Shown one piece after another: positions 12,001-17,647 of a stretch of 64,000 bases of DNA; position 1 is the stretch's first letter, and each line of letters begins with the position of its first letter. The stretch lies in the NCBI GenBank assembly GCA_963796955.1, contig CAWCNJ010000006.1, positions 127,111-191,110 on the forward strand, written 5' to 3'. The notes under the pieces are model-generated. The model ran no database searches. It was not told the origin of the DNA and saw nothing but the letters and a program-made list of their open reading frames with translations. The DNA comes from Endomicrobiales bacterium (GTDB lineage Bacteria > Elusimicrobiota > Endomicrobiia > Endomicrobiales > JALOBY01). The translations under genes and the position numbers were made by a program.

Positions 12001-14233
12001 GTTCGTAAAGGCAAACGGCAATGGCGGGGAAAGCGGGTGGTCCACATCTGTATCGACAGTAACGCCGGATTATCTGCCGGGTGCTATAACAAACCTTTCG
12101 GCGCTGACAGGACAAGGCGCCGGCTCGATAGATCTGAGCTGGACAGCGCCGGGGACGGATGGTTACAACGGAAACATCGTCGGCGGCGTGTACAAGATAC
12201 GCTATTCAACCTATACAACGGCAGCCGGGACATTCTGGACGGACGCTGCAGGGAACTGGACTGACCCGGTGAATAAATATCAAATCACTATTAACACGAA
12301 CACGGCGCCCGGCGAAGCGCAATCGTACCTGTTGTCGGGTCTCGGCCAGGGTGTGACCTACTACATTCGCGCCTGGACGCGTGATGAGGTTGGGATAGAC
12401 AGTACGACCTGGAACGGCAATTGGTCGGCGGTGTCGAATGGCGCGACCTGCTGGGCTATGCGGGTAAAGACCCTGCCGCCGCCACCGGTAACTGACCTGA
12501 CAGCCGTTAATGGTTTAAACGAGGGAAATGTGCTTCTTACCTGGACGGCGCCCTCGGCCTCTACATCCGCGCCGGTCACGGTGTCGTTGTATGAAGTCAG
12601 GGCCGCCACGTTCAGCGTCGGCGCCCTTACCGACGATACAACGGCCTGGTGGAACGCAGCGCCCTTCATCCATACGTTCCCGGAGCCCGGAACGCCCGCG
12701 AACCCCGATGCCATCACTCTTACCGGCCTGGCGGTAAGCACCTCGTGGTATTTCGCTATTGAGAGCGTGGGTCTAGCCGGGACCGTTTCGTTGATAGACG
12801 CAAATTCTTCGACGCACAACAGCCAGGCGTTCGTATTCACCACTGATGTGCAACCGGTACCTCCTACAGGGCTGACGGTGGTTGCCAGTACTTCGCCTAT
12901 TGTTGTTCTAAAATGGGACGATATGAGAAGCTTCCAGGGATATCTGGACTTCGACCGTTATCAAATATGGCGTTCGTTAACTTTTGCGCCGCAATCGTCG
13001 TTCGCTTCCATAGGCACCAGTACGAATACGGTCTTTATCGACGAAGCTGTCAGCGCCGGCGCCACGTATTATTATTTCATAGTAGGGGTCGACAGCGCGC
13101 CGCAAGTGCTGGTCAGCAGCCCTTCGGCGGTTGTAACCGCGGTGGTAACGGTGCCGCGTAAGAAGACCGATATAACGCAGCCCCTGCCCCCTTCCGGCAT
13201 ACAGATAGCCGTTGTTGACGCGCATCCCGTTATTTCCTGGGATATGCCTCAATATAATACCGACGGCACGCAGTGTGTAGACCAGGCCTCAAGCGTTATT
13301 TATCGCACGACTGGTCTGGACGATCCGTGGGATAACGTTGCCGCCATACCCTATGCCGGCGGTGTCGGCTGCCAGTGGACGGATACCGCGATCGACCTGA
13401 GTAACTCGGCTGTCTATTATTACAAGGTGCAATGCGTCGATACCAGCGGGAACGCCAGCGCCGCTTCCATGTATTGCGACACCAGCCGCGACCTTAACCT
13501 GATCGTAGAATCGTCTGATAAACAGGTGAATCTTGTTATGCCTCAAAGTGAAGCAGGCCTGTTGTACAGGCGCGGTCCGAACAAGGAAAATATCGATATC
13601 GTCGTGGATCAGGAAACAATGCCGGCGGATCCTGCCATTCTCCTGCAATTCGAATTTAAGGCCGTTACCGCCGGCACACGTCAAAAGATAAGCAGTTTTA
13701 TGTTCGATAAGCCGCTTAACAAGGTCGTGTGGCAATTCTCGCAAAACCCTGTGTTCGGCTCAGGCAAACGCGTTAACTTAAGCGCTGCTCCCGTAAATAT
13801 CGCGCAGGACATTTCCATGTTCTGGCACAGCGGCGTTGAATGGATAAAACTTAACAAATTAACGAATACGAATTCCATGCAAGTGTCGGTCAGACATCTG
13901 GGCAAATTCATGATCAAGCGTTCAATCGCCGCCACCAGTTTCTCAATGACAAAAGTTTTTCCGACGATATTTACCCCTAACGGTGATCACCGCAACGATT
14001 ATGTGGTATTCCAGTATGAAAACCCGAAAGATGACGCCGTTAGAGGAAAAATATATACTCCGGAAGGGGCTTTTGTAAGCAACCTGGTTAAATCCGATGA
14101 TAACTCCTCGCTGATCTGGGACGGCACCAGAGACGGCGGCAAGGTAGCGGAGCCTGGTGCGTACGTCTATCAGATAGAGGTGATAGGCTCCGACGCGAAG
14201 GTGATCAACGGGGTAATAATATTGGCGAAATAA
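2..14233 (+). CDS. Giant secreted adhesin, 5'-truncated by the window: FG-GAP/VCBS propellers, FN3/Ig-like domains, beta-helix, 13x stalk repeats, FN3 anchor module and C-terminal T9SS type-B-like (gliding motility-associated, CHU_C-like) sorting domain
   Basis: The frame is open from position 2 (LDLAIAAGTFRIDTNKGDGTFNATPVM...), so the ATG at 80 is internal. Many WGDxNNDGxxD FG-GAP motifs and WTAPG/YYFRVQ FN3 motifs. The C-terminus FTPNGDHRNDYVVFQ...LIWDGT...GAYVYQIEV...INGVIILAK fits the TIGR04131-type CTD pattern. Confidence 0.9.
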   Translation: MDLAIAAGTFRIDTNKGDGTFNATPVMPEGSGGYQRAATNGYMASLAWGDLNNDGKPDLVMNGATIGGTNTSRTYTNNGNGTFTAADISPGWGVNGAVAIGDIDNDGDEDIIAEGTQASNSAIYLRAFRNRNNDMGNVNVAPSAPSGMLSQVSYSVTSSTIIITWPPSQYDSGMSSCSLSYQVAVATMSMTLASNQTLIQSPTSFMTPWASEGDSYGTFNRPPVKVWGTDVTPKHGYQLNLSTNSIKANTTYYYRVQTIDSSLARSNWSTEFTYFTGTPPSGVTDLYATAGGIGTGAVMLTWTAPGDAGQIGNLATGSAFKIEYSSVGIINSSTFTSPPASLAVKSITISTNTTAMSPQSYNVTGLIGSTTYWFTLETENAEGVWSVWQSSADVAAYNDFAWAYTNYVNLAPNAPFNLAQIDGSLGNISSFTWTNSGNIVSSFTITDPNVGDQVRFDIQITSVTTNEAADWTRLFVSTRSALMNQGTTTYTWPTLNPNAFYWWRVWAEDSFGLTSATSAALGVIGSTGPAVVAYKTPFNAAYLEPTPGWGFGWWTALAWGDLNGDGYQDLAVIGTDVSYTRTLRVYLNNGDGTGSMNPSYIVPEAGVGLALGDLAWGDFNNDGNMDLAVTGFNGSDPGLLRVYVNNGSGGFSASHVDPIPGWGRYGSAVAWGDYDNDGNLDLAMMGSDGGPVSDGVFRIFRNKGDGTFDPNFIEPQTGWGMSSGRMCWADYNNDGDLDISLCGNNTSGATEVRVYRNNGNGTFNPTPAFVKSGIGDIAWGDYSNGGFLDMCVYDMAAGIQIYSNTGSGSLSGTPTNICSDGGGMWSIKLAAADYDNDGNIDVAASGQIGSLNMGNVRFLHNNGNSTFSGSRSTPLPGLGINGTLALSDNNNDGDVDIAAAGVSQAGDRCFLGIFQNMEAQMGNANTPPMPPSASINFNYSGFATQKSTFTITWQPSQYDVGHSSNSIYFNVEASTFPTTLGSGDKRIATTGRFAQSWNFGSPNLGSFIRPAISTSWAGATGTSIVGYTFAPSTSAFVYNTTYYFRIQTIDSGLMRSTWSAECKCQSAVPPAVVTDLYATAGGIGSGAVMLTWTAPGDAGQTGNLTAGSAFKIEYSTVGIINSSTFTSPPANLAVKTVTISTNTTAMSLQSYNITGLIGSTTYWFALETENAEGGWSIWQSSADVAAYNLYASTCTAFIPPAMIYRSVGPGSTTALVTGAGNGLVISGSTATFDSGLPNKVGVGDAIQYDANNDGTVDAILFISSRTSATSYTVQSADGKTAPTATSVKTNTWSVFRSYTSLHNVLQSLTVNSGISGLVSGSVNPGINLVSNNVQLNIACYGDAADTTKVAFSGMWVTSPSNKIRIFTPVSSGEAGVSQRHTGIWDTGKYYIESGNGHILLLEVNYIVVDGLQVHLNSTSSSDTRAIGMSTPAGACDITVENCIVRGSTSTSNTYDYFGGIVDGGGSGTGVIKIVNNIVYDFAAGGGGITHVGIAGVDGGVWYYVYNNTVYNCKDGLFFGGNDTLKNNISYGNSESNYNNAGVGNNNNLSGPTLADAPGTNPLNSAPVQFVDANRYDLRLSVSESSATDKGANLSSDANLPFSTDVLGNARPYGAAWDVGAFENYQNVLGVPQTLTVTNVYYSSVTVTWNLINGATGYTLIASTSSNIPVTVSASTTTTGVNATSATVYSPALSLATTYYFFVQSTGNALASAWSLPVSTVTLSGDITPPAAITNLAAVTGFGPGTINLSWTSPGDDGITGNITGGAYKIRYSTYTPTSWNDADTSWADYVNKYQITIATNSVPGVTQSYPLTGLTAGVTYYIRAWTRDEVGVDSTSWNGNWSALSNGATSWAQMDTAPNTPINLVQIDGTLGNISSFTWTNSGVITSSFTLSDPDSGQQIKYHIQITTVSSNGLATWTSGYFLNYTSPLLNQGTTTYTWPAMTAGNFYWWRVWAEDSYGLTSATTTALMSGGPAVFAYKTAYDAKYIEVNPGWGVGGNAHGSSIKWGDIENDGYQDLMVAGENQIGGEEFCIYDNAKNGSFNASPIHPKPGFGVSWSPSCAWGDVNNDGIQDVAVIGASADDVSGYTFRVFASNGNGTFGAAQEPTANWGEENAGIALGDFDNDGCLDVVVSGADDAKVSANFRIYRNNGDGTFGPNFIRPDIPLESSGDENGGGDTLACGDYNNDGLMDIAISWPTGLVRVYKNNGDLSFAHLTNDICSFFDSNIAWGDYNNDGYLDLFVAGHGFTGVFHNKGDGTFDSSVNIAGNNTFTGISGQAPLSLCVGDYDNDGNLDLAAAGLDYAAGTARKLYLFHNNGHGAFDSGPVETMPGWGVVDCSLAFADYNNDGGLDLAVSGADNNNIARCCVFNNMEAQMGNANTPPMPPSASINFNYSGFATQKSTFTITWQPSQYDVGHSSNSIYFNVEASTFPTTLGSGDKRIATTGRFAQPWNFGSPNLGSFIRPAISTSWASAPGTSMVGYTFAPSTSAFLMNTTCYFRIQTIDSGLARSTWSTESSVYVCGSPTVPVLVSPLDNYATNQMTVTFNWADSTDTISNSNYTLRLSSSPDFSGVTYSSNTVNMYASMALTTSKWYWSVRAGNPVGAYSAWSSTWSVVVDTLAPSVPILTSPLDNFTTNQMVLTFGWSSATDNLTGVNDYTLRLSTAPDFTGVTYSSITANIVAQMSLTTGHWFWAVRSLDNVGNYSAWASTYTLIVDTTPPTVPILTGPLDGSTTNQTVLTFNWGISTDDITGLANYTLTLSTAADFSGVIYSSITTNTSAAMTIQSSDKWYWTVRSVDNAVNYSAWASTWSVVVDTHAPTVPILITPLDNFTTNQMTPAFAWQGSTDTLSGIANYTLRLSTAPDFSGTIYSSTTANTLASRALVSCRWYWSVRAANNSGNYSAWSSTWSVVIDTVSSSIPVLTAPLDNYTTNQMTLTFNWNISMDNLSGVNGYTLQLSTAPDFTGVTYSSITANNSAVMALTTNKWYWTVRSQDNAANYSAWASTWSVVVDTIAPTMPILTTPLDNFTTNQMTLAFNWGSATDNLSGVSGYTLRLSTAADFSGVIMLSVTDNTAATMNLTSNKWYWTVRSGDNAGNYSTWASTYSLVVDTVASTVPLLLSPLDNFATNQMTLSFSWSSATDNLTGVNDYTVQLSTAADFTGVTYSSITANTAAQMALTSDRWYWTVRSLDNAANYSAWASTWSLVIDTTPPTVPILTNPLDGSTTNQTVLTFNWGASTDDITGLAGYTLRLSTAPDFSGVIYSSVTGNTAARMTIQSSDKWYWSVRSVDNAENYSAWTSTWSVVVDTRAPTVPLLLSPLDNFTTNQMTLAFNWQGSTDTVSGITNYTLRLSTAPDFSGTTYSSTTAITAAIMNLTTNKWYWSVRALNNSGNYSNWSSTWAVIMDTVVPSVPILTSPLNNFTTNQMTLAFNWNSATDNLTGVNDYTLRLSTAPDFTGVTYSSITANTAAQMAMTSGRWYWTVRSLDNAANYSAWASTYTLVVDTTPPTVPALTGPLDGSTTNQTMVTFGWNSSTDDLTGVACYTLRFSTAPDFSGAIYSSATTNTIAAMTIPACAKWYWTVRSSDNAGNYSAWASTWTVLVDTRAPTVPLLLSPLDNYTTNQMALTFSWQGSTDTLSGVADYTLRISTALDFSGTVYSSTTGNTLAGMTQVSNKWYWSVRAANNSGNYSAWSSTWSVVIDSTPSSVPVLTAPLDNYTTNQITLAFSWNSATDNISGVSGYTLRLSTASDLSGVVYSSVTANNAAVMMLSTNRWYWTVRSVDNAANYSAWASTWSVIIDTVVPNALNDLAAAPGFALGSIALHWTSPGDDGPSGAIIGGYYKVRYSTYTTASGAFWTDAAANWVDPVNKYQITIATNTNVGDTQSYTLSGLTQGVTYYIRAWTRDEVGVDSTTWTGNWSALSNGATCWAACVGIPQNLTVSRVYQSSIAVTWDMIANATGYTLAASTSPNNPVTVYASTTTLGVNAISAIVLNPALQPATTYYLFVKANGNGGESGWSTSVSTVTPDYLPGAITNLSALTGQGAGSIDLSWTAPGTDGYNGNIVGGVYKIRYSTYTTAAGTFWTDAAGNWTDPVNKYQITINTNTAPGEAQSYLLSGLGQGVTYYIRAWTRDEVGIDSTTWNGNWSAVSNGATCWAMRVKTLPPPPVTDLTAVNGLNEGNVLLTWTAPSASTSAPVTVSLYEVRAATFSVGALTDDTTAWWNAAPFIHTFPEPGTPANPDAITLTGLAVSTSWYFAIESVGLAGTVSLIDANSSTHNSQAFVFTTDVQPVPPTGLTVVASTSPIVVLKWDDMRSFQGYLDFDRYQIWRSLTFAPQSSFASIGTSTNTVFIDEAVSAGATYYYFIVGVDSAPQVLVSSPSAVVTAVVTVPRKKTDITQPLPPSGIQIAVVDAHPVISWDMPQYNTDGTQCVDQASSVIYRTTGLDDPWDNVAAIPYAGGVGCQWTDTAIDLSNSAVYYYKVQCVDTSGNASAASMYCDTSRDLNLIVESSDKQVNLVMPQSEAGLLYRRGPNKENIDIVVDQETMPADPAILLQFEFKAVTAGTRQKISSFMFDKPLNKVVWQFSQNPVFGSGKRVNLSAAPVNIAQDISMFWHSGVEWIKLNKLTNTNSMQVSVRHLGKFMIKRSIAATSFSMTKVFPTIFTPNGDHRNDYVVFQYENPKDDAVRGKIYTPEGAFVSNLVKSDDNSSLIWDGTRDGGKVAEPGAYVYQIEVIGSDAKVINGVIILAK
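2750..3052 (+). repeat. Near-identical ~300-bp intragenic direct repeat, second copy at ~7109-7411
   Basis: Both copies encode MEAQMGNANTPPMPPSASINFNYSGFATQKSTFTITW...ISTSWA with only a few nucleotide differences. Confidence 0.85.
7568..11396 (+). repeat. 13 tandem ~98-aa (~294-297 bp) FN3/Ig-like stalk repeats within the giant adhesin
   Basis: 13 copies counted of PxVPxLxxPLDxxxTNQ...YTLRLSTAPDF...WYWxVR...YSAWxSTWSVVVDT. Confidence 0.9.
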
Positions 14234-14236
14234 ATT

Positions 14237-15934
14237 ATGAAAAACACTATACAGCGCACCATTATCACGGGATTTCTACTTTGCGGGGCGGCTGCCGCCC
14301 ACGCTGAATTCAACGAACTGGGCAGCAGCGCACGCTCTGCCGGCATGGGGGACTGCTATGTGGCTATCGCCGACGACGCGTATGCCACGTTCTATAACCC
14401 TGCGGGCCTTGGGCGGCTGCACCACAAAGAGATCGCGACCACCTCAAGCCGGCTGCTGATGGGTTTGAGCGACCTTAATACGATCGATGAGAACATCATA
14501 AGCGCGGTGTACGGGACGCAGCTGTACGGCGGCATCGGCCTGGGCATCCATACGTTCGACGTTTCCGGGTTGTACAAGGAAAGCACCTCAATGCTCTCGT
14601 ATGGAAAGCTCGTCGGTAAAGAAGTGTACCTCGGCGCCTCTATGAAATTCATGTCGAAAGACTACGTGCCTAATCTCTACACTGAAAACGCCATAGACTT
14701 TTCAGGCGAATCGTTCGGGCGCGACCCCGTGTTCGCCAACGGGTATTCCAAAGCTTTCATGTCCTACGATCTGGGCAGCTATTACCAGTACAGCAAAAGG
14801 TTGGCCCTGGCCCTGGTGGCGAAGGATATAACCAGCCCCGATACCGGCCTTGCCGCCGCAAACCCGCTGCCCATGACGACAACCCTGGGCCTGTGCTACC
14901 AGGACGAAGGCCTGTTAATACCGCTTGAAATACAGACCAGAAGCGACGCGATAACATACGCGGCCGGCTTTGAAAGATGGCTATTCTCCGACCAGCTGGC
15001 GCTGCGCGCGGGCCTGCAGGAAGGCAGCGGCAATCTGTCGGTGGTGTCGTGCGGCGTGTCATACAGCTATAACAATATCATCCGTTTTGATTACGGTTTT
15101 TCCATGCCCTTGTCGGGTATAACGAACACCAGCGGCTCGCACCGGCTGAGCCTGGTGGTATCGATCGGCAAACCGAAAACGAACACTTTTGAGCTTGCGA
15201 AACAGCCGCGCGATTATATAGACGCGGTCACCGCCTTCGACAAAGGCCAGTACTTTACCGCCTACGATATGTTCGAGACACTGATAAAATCCCTGGAGAC
15301 CAGCCGGCAGTTAAAGGACCACGCCATCGCGTATGTCAAAGAGATCCTTTCCCGGATGCAGGCGAACATCAAGGCGAACGCGGCGCCCTCGGAAGTAGCC
15401 TACGCCAAGGGCCTTATGGCGTACAGCGTGCCGGATTACGAGGATGCTTTGAACGAACTGCAGGTGTTCGCGGGCATTATCCCCGGCAACACGGAAGTGA
15501 ACTATTATATCGAGCTGCTGAAAAAGATGCTGGGTAAAGGATCGGCAAAGCCGCAGGAAAACCAGTCCGGTGAGAACGGCGGGGGCAAGGGCGGCAAAGG
15601 GTCTGACCAGAAAGACGAATTCCCCGGGCTCGACGATAAAGCGCCGGACCCGATGCTGTCGAACATGTCGCGGGACGAATATATCAATTACAAACTGCGC
15701 AACGCGGTAACGGATTTCAACCAGGGGTATTACGACCTGTCGGCGAAAGACTGTTTATACGCCCTGCGCGCGGACCCGAACAAGGACCTGAGCTACGTGC
15801 GGCTTGGCTCGGCGTATTACGCGATGGGTATGCGCCAGTACGCGGTTAAAGCCTGGCAGAAGGCCCTGCAGCTGAACCCGGGCAACGCGGACCTCAGGGA
15901 ATTTATGCAGGAAAAAAATATACCGGTGAAATAA
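14237..15934 (+). CDS. PorP/SprF/PorV-like outer-membrane beta-barrel protein with C-terminal TPR region (copy 1)
   Basis: Signal peptide (AAAHA|EF). N-terminal motif ARSAGMGDCYVAIADDAYATFYNPAGL is typical of PorV/PorQ/PorP-like barrels. Amphipathic beta strands end near RFDYGF...HRLSLVVSIG. TPR motifs follow (YVRLGSAYYAMG...AVKAWQKALQLNPGN). Lies 3 nt after a CTD-bearing gene. Confidence 0.8.
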   Translation: MKNTIQRTIITGFLLCGAAAAHAEFNELGSSARSAGMGDCYVAIADDAYATFYNPAGLGRLHHKEIATTSSRLLMGLSDLNTIDENIISAVYGTQLYGGIGLGIHTFDVSGLYKESTSMLSYGKLVGKEVYLGASMKFMSKDYVPNLYTENAIDFSGESFGRDPVFANGYSKAFMSYDLGSYYQYSKRLALALVAKDITSPDTGLAAANPLPMTTTLGLCYQDEGLLIPLEIQTRSDAITYAAGFERWLFSDQLALRAGLQEGSGNLSVVSCGVSYSYNNIIRFDYGFSMPLSGITNTSGSHRLSLVVSIGKPKTNTFELAKQPRDYIDAVTAFDKGQYFTAYDMFETLIKSLETSRQLKDHAIAYVKEILSRMQANIKANAAPSEVAYAKGLMAYSVPDYEDALNELQVFAGIIPGNTEVNYYIELLKKMLGKGSAKPQENQSGENGGGKGGKGSDQKDEFPGLDDKAPDPMLSNMSRDEYINYKLRNAVTDFNQGYYDLSAKDCLYALRADPNKDLSYVRLGSAYYAMGMRQYAVKAWQKALQLNPGNADLREFMQEKNIPVK

Positions 15935-16054
15935 GGCCGTTCCATGCAAACATGGTTGCATTTAGTATCCTTTTAAATTAATTTTGGATTGATATATTGT
16001 ACATGTCAGTTAAATGTTGGCTTGATATTGTTGTCAAAATAGCTTAAACTTGAC

Positions 16055-16083
16055 TTGACTATGTTAACATTAGTGTGTATAAT
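16055..16083 (+). promoter_or_regulatory. Sigma70-type promoter TTGACT-N17-TATAAT; the predicted +1 falls at about the ATG at 16090
   Basis: TTGACT 16055-16060, 17-nt spacer, TATAAT 16078-16083, ATG at 16090 with no SD sequence. Confidence 0.65.
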
Positions 16084-16089
16084 TGTGGT

Positions 16090-17412
16090 ATGGAAAGACA
16101 CATAGATAGGCTTCTGTCTGAATGGAAAAATGACGATCATAGAAAAGTTTTGCTTTTGCGCGGCGCCAGGCAAGTTGGTAAAACGTATTCTGTAAGGGCG
16201 TTAGGGAAAACTTTTCCGCATTACCTTGAAGTAAACTTTGAGGAAGAAAAACCGGTTAAGGAATTTTTTAAGGGTTCCCTGAACCCGGAGATGCTTTGTC
16301 AGAAACTTTCTGCGTATTTTAAGAAACCTGTAATCCAGGGTAAAACACTCCTCTTTTTCGATGAGATCCAATCCTGCCCGGAAGCCTTAAGTTCGCTGAG
16401 ATACTTTTATGAAAAGATGCCTCGTCTTCACTTGATAGCAACCGGCTCATTGCTGGAATTTGCTCTTTCGCAAATACCGGCACAGGGAGTGGGAAGGATC
16501 ACTTCATTATATCTCTATCCGATGTCATTTGATGAGTTTTTGATCGCTTTGGATGAACGTAAGCTTACTGAAATAAAAACCGGATCCAGTTATAAGTCTC
16601 CCCTTGATACCGCGTTCCATGAGAAACTGATCGATTATCTAAAGATTTTTTTTATTATCGGTGGAATGCCTGAGGTAGTAAAAGAATACGTCGAACGAAA
16701 AGATCTGTTAGCATGCCAAAAAAAAATAAATGATTTGATCGAAACGTTTAAAGACGATTTTGCAAAATATAAGAACCGGTCGCCTTCGCAGAGAATAAAT
16801 GAGGTTTTCAGCTCGATAGTATATCAGTCCGGAAATAAATTTAAGTATTCAAACGTCGATTCCCATTCTTCGCATATCGCCATTAAAGATGCTTTAGACA
16901 TGATCGTTATGGCGGGGCTGGCAATTAAAGTATTCCATACTTCCGCGCAGGGCTTGCCTTTGGGCGCGGGTATCGACAGCAGAAAGTTCAAAGTTATTCT
17001 TTTTGATTTTGGACTTTATCAAAAATTGCTCGGGTTAGACATCTCGTCGATAATTGCGGATAATAATTTTACGGCGCTCAATAAAGGAAGCCTTGCGGAA
17101 TTATTTGTCGGGCTTGAAATTATTAAAAATAATCCATCATCTTTACGAAGTGATTTGTATTATTGGCACAGGGAAAAAAGAGCAAGCAACGCAGAAGTTG
17201 ATTATGTTATACAGAAAGGGAATGATATTTTACCGGTTGAGGTAAAATCCGGCTATTCGGGACAAATGCAGAGCCTGAGATTATTCATGCAGGAGCACAA
17301 CTCTAAAATGGGCATAAGAGTGTCGTTGGAAAATTTCGCAAAATTTGAGAAAATAGAAGTATATCCCATGTATGCGGTGAAAAACATTTTGCAAGGGAAT
17401 AGGGGGGAGTAA
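16090..17412 (+). CDS. Predicted AAA+ superfamily ATPase (AAA_14 + DUF4143, COG1373-like)
   Basis: Walker A GARQVGKT, Walker B LLFFDEIQ, TGS and GGMPE motifs, C-terminal YYW...AEVDYV...PVEVKSG (PD-(D/E)xK-like). AT-rich relative to the flanks. ATG 16090 is preferred over GTG 16075. Confidence 0.9.
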   Translation: MERHIDRLLSEWKNDDHRKVLLLRGARQVGKTYSVRALGKTFPHYLEVNFEEEKPVKEFFKGSLNPEMLCQKLSAYFKKPVIQGKTLLFFDEIQSCPEALSSLRYFYEKMPRLHLIATGSLLEFALSQIPAQGVGRITSLYLYPMSFDEFLIALDERKLTEIKTGSSYKSPLDTAFHEKLIDYLKIFFIIGGMPEVVKEYVERKDLLACQKKINDLIETFKDDFAKYKNRSPSQRINEVFSSIVYQSGNKFKYSNVDSHSSHIAIKDALDMIVMAGLAIKVFHTSAQGLPLGAGIDSRKFKVILFDFGLYQKLLGLDISSIIADNNFTALNKGSLAELFVGLEIIKNNPSSLRSDLYYWHREKRASNAEVDYVIQKGNDILPVEVKSGYSGQMQSLRLFMQEHNSKMGIRVSLENFAKFEKIEVYPMYAVKNILQGNRGE

Positions 17413-17583
17413 TACCCAAGTAACCTTGAGTACTAAAACGATGGCCGCGTTACGTATGATGGTGCATTGTTTAAAAACACACACTTAGATTAATTGGTGT
17501 GTGTTATTTATTGCTTTATCGTTGAAAATTCAGTAATATTTGTTGTTACCTGCCATACAGACGCCCTTAAACGTCTAAATGTA

Positions 17584-17611
17584 TTGATATTCATACGATT
17601 CATCTTATAAT
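17584..17611 (+). promoter_or_regulatory. Possible sigma70 promoter for adhesin locus 2 (TTGATA-N16-TATAAT)
   Basis: Consensus-like hexamers in the AT-rich intergenic region upstream of 17648/17678. Confidence 0.4.
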
Positions 17612-17647
17612 TTATAGTGAAGAAGTTACTGTATACCTTTTTTACTC

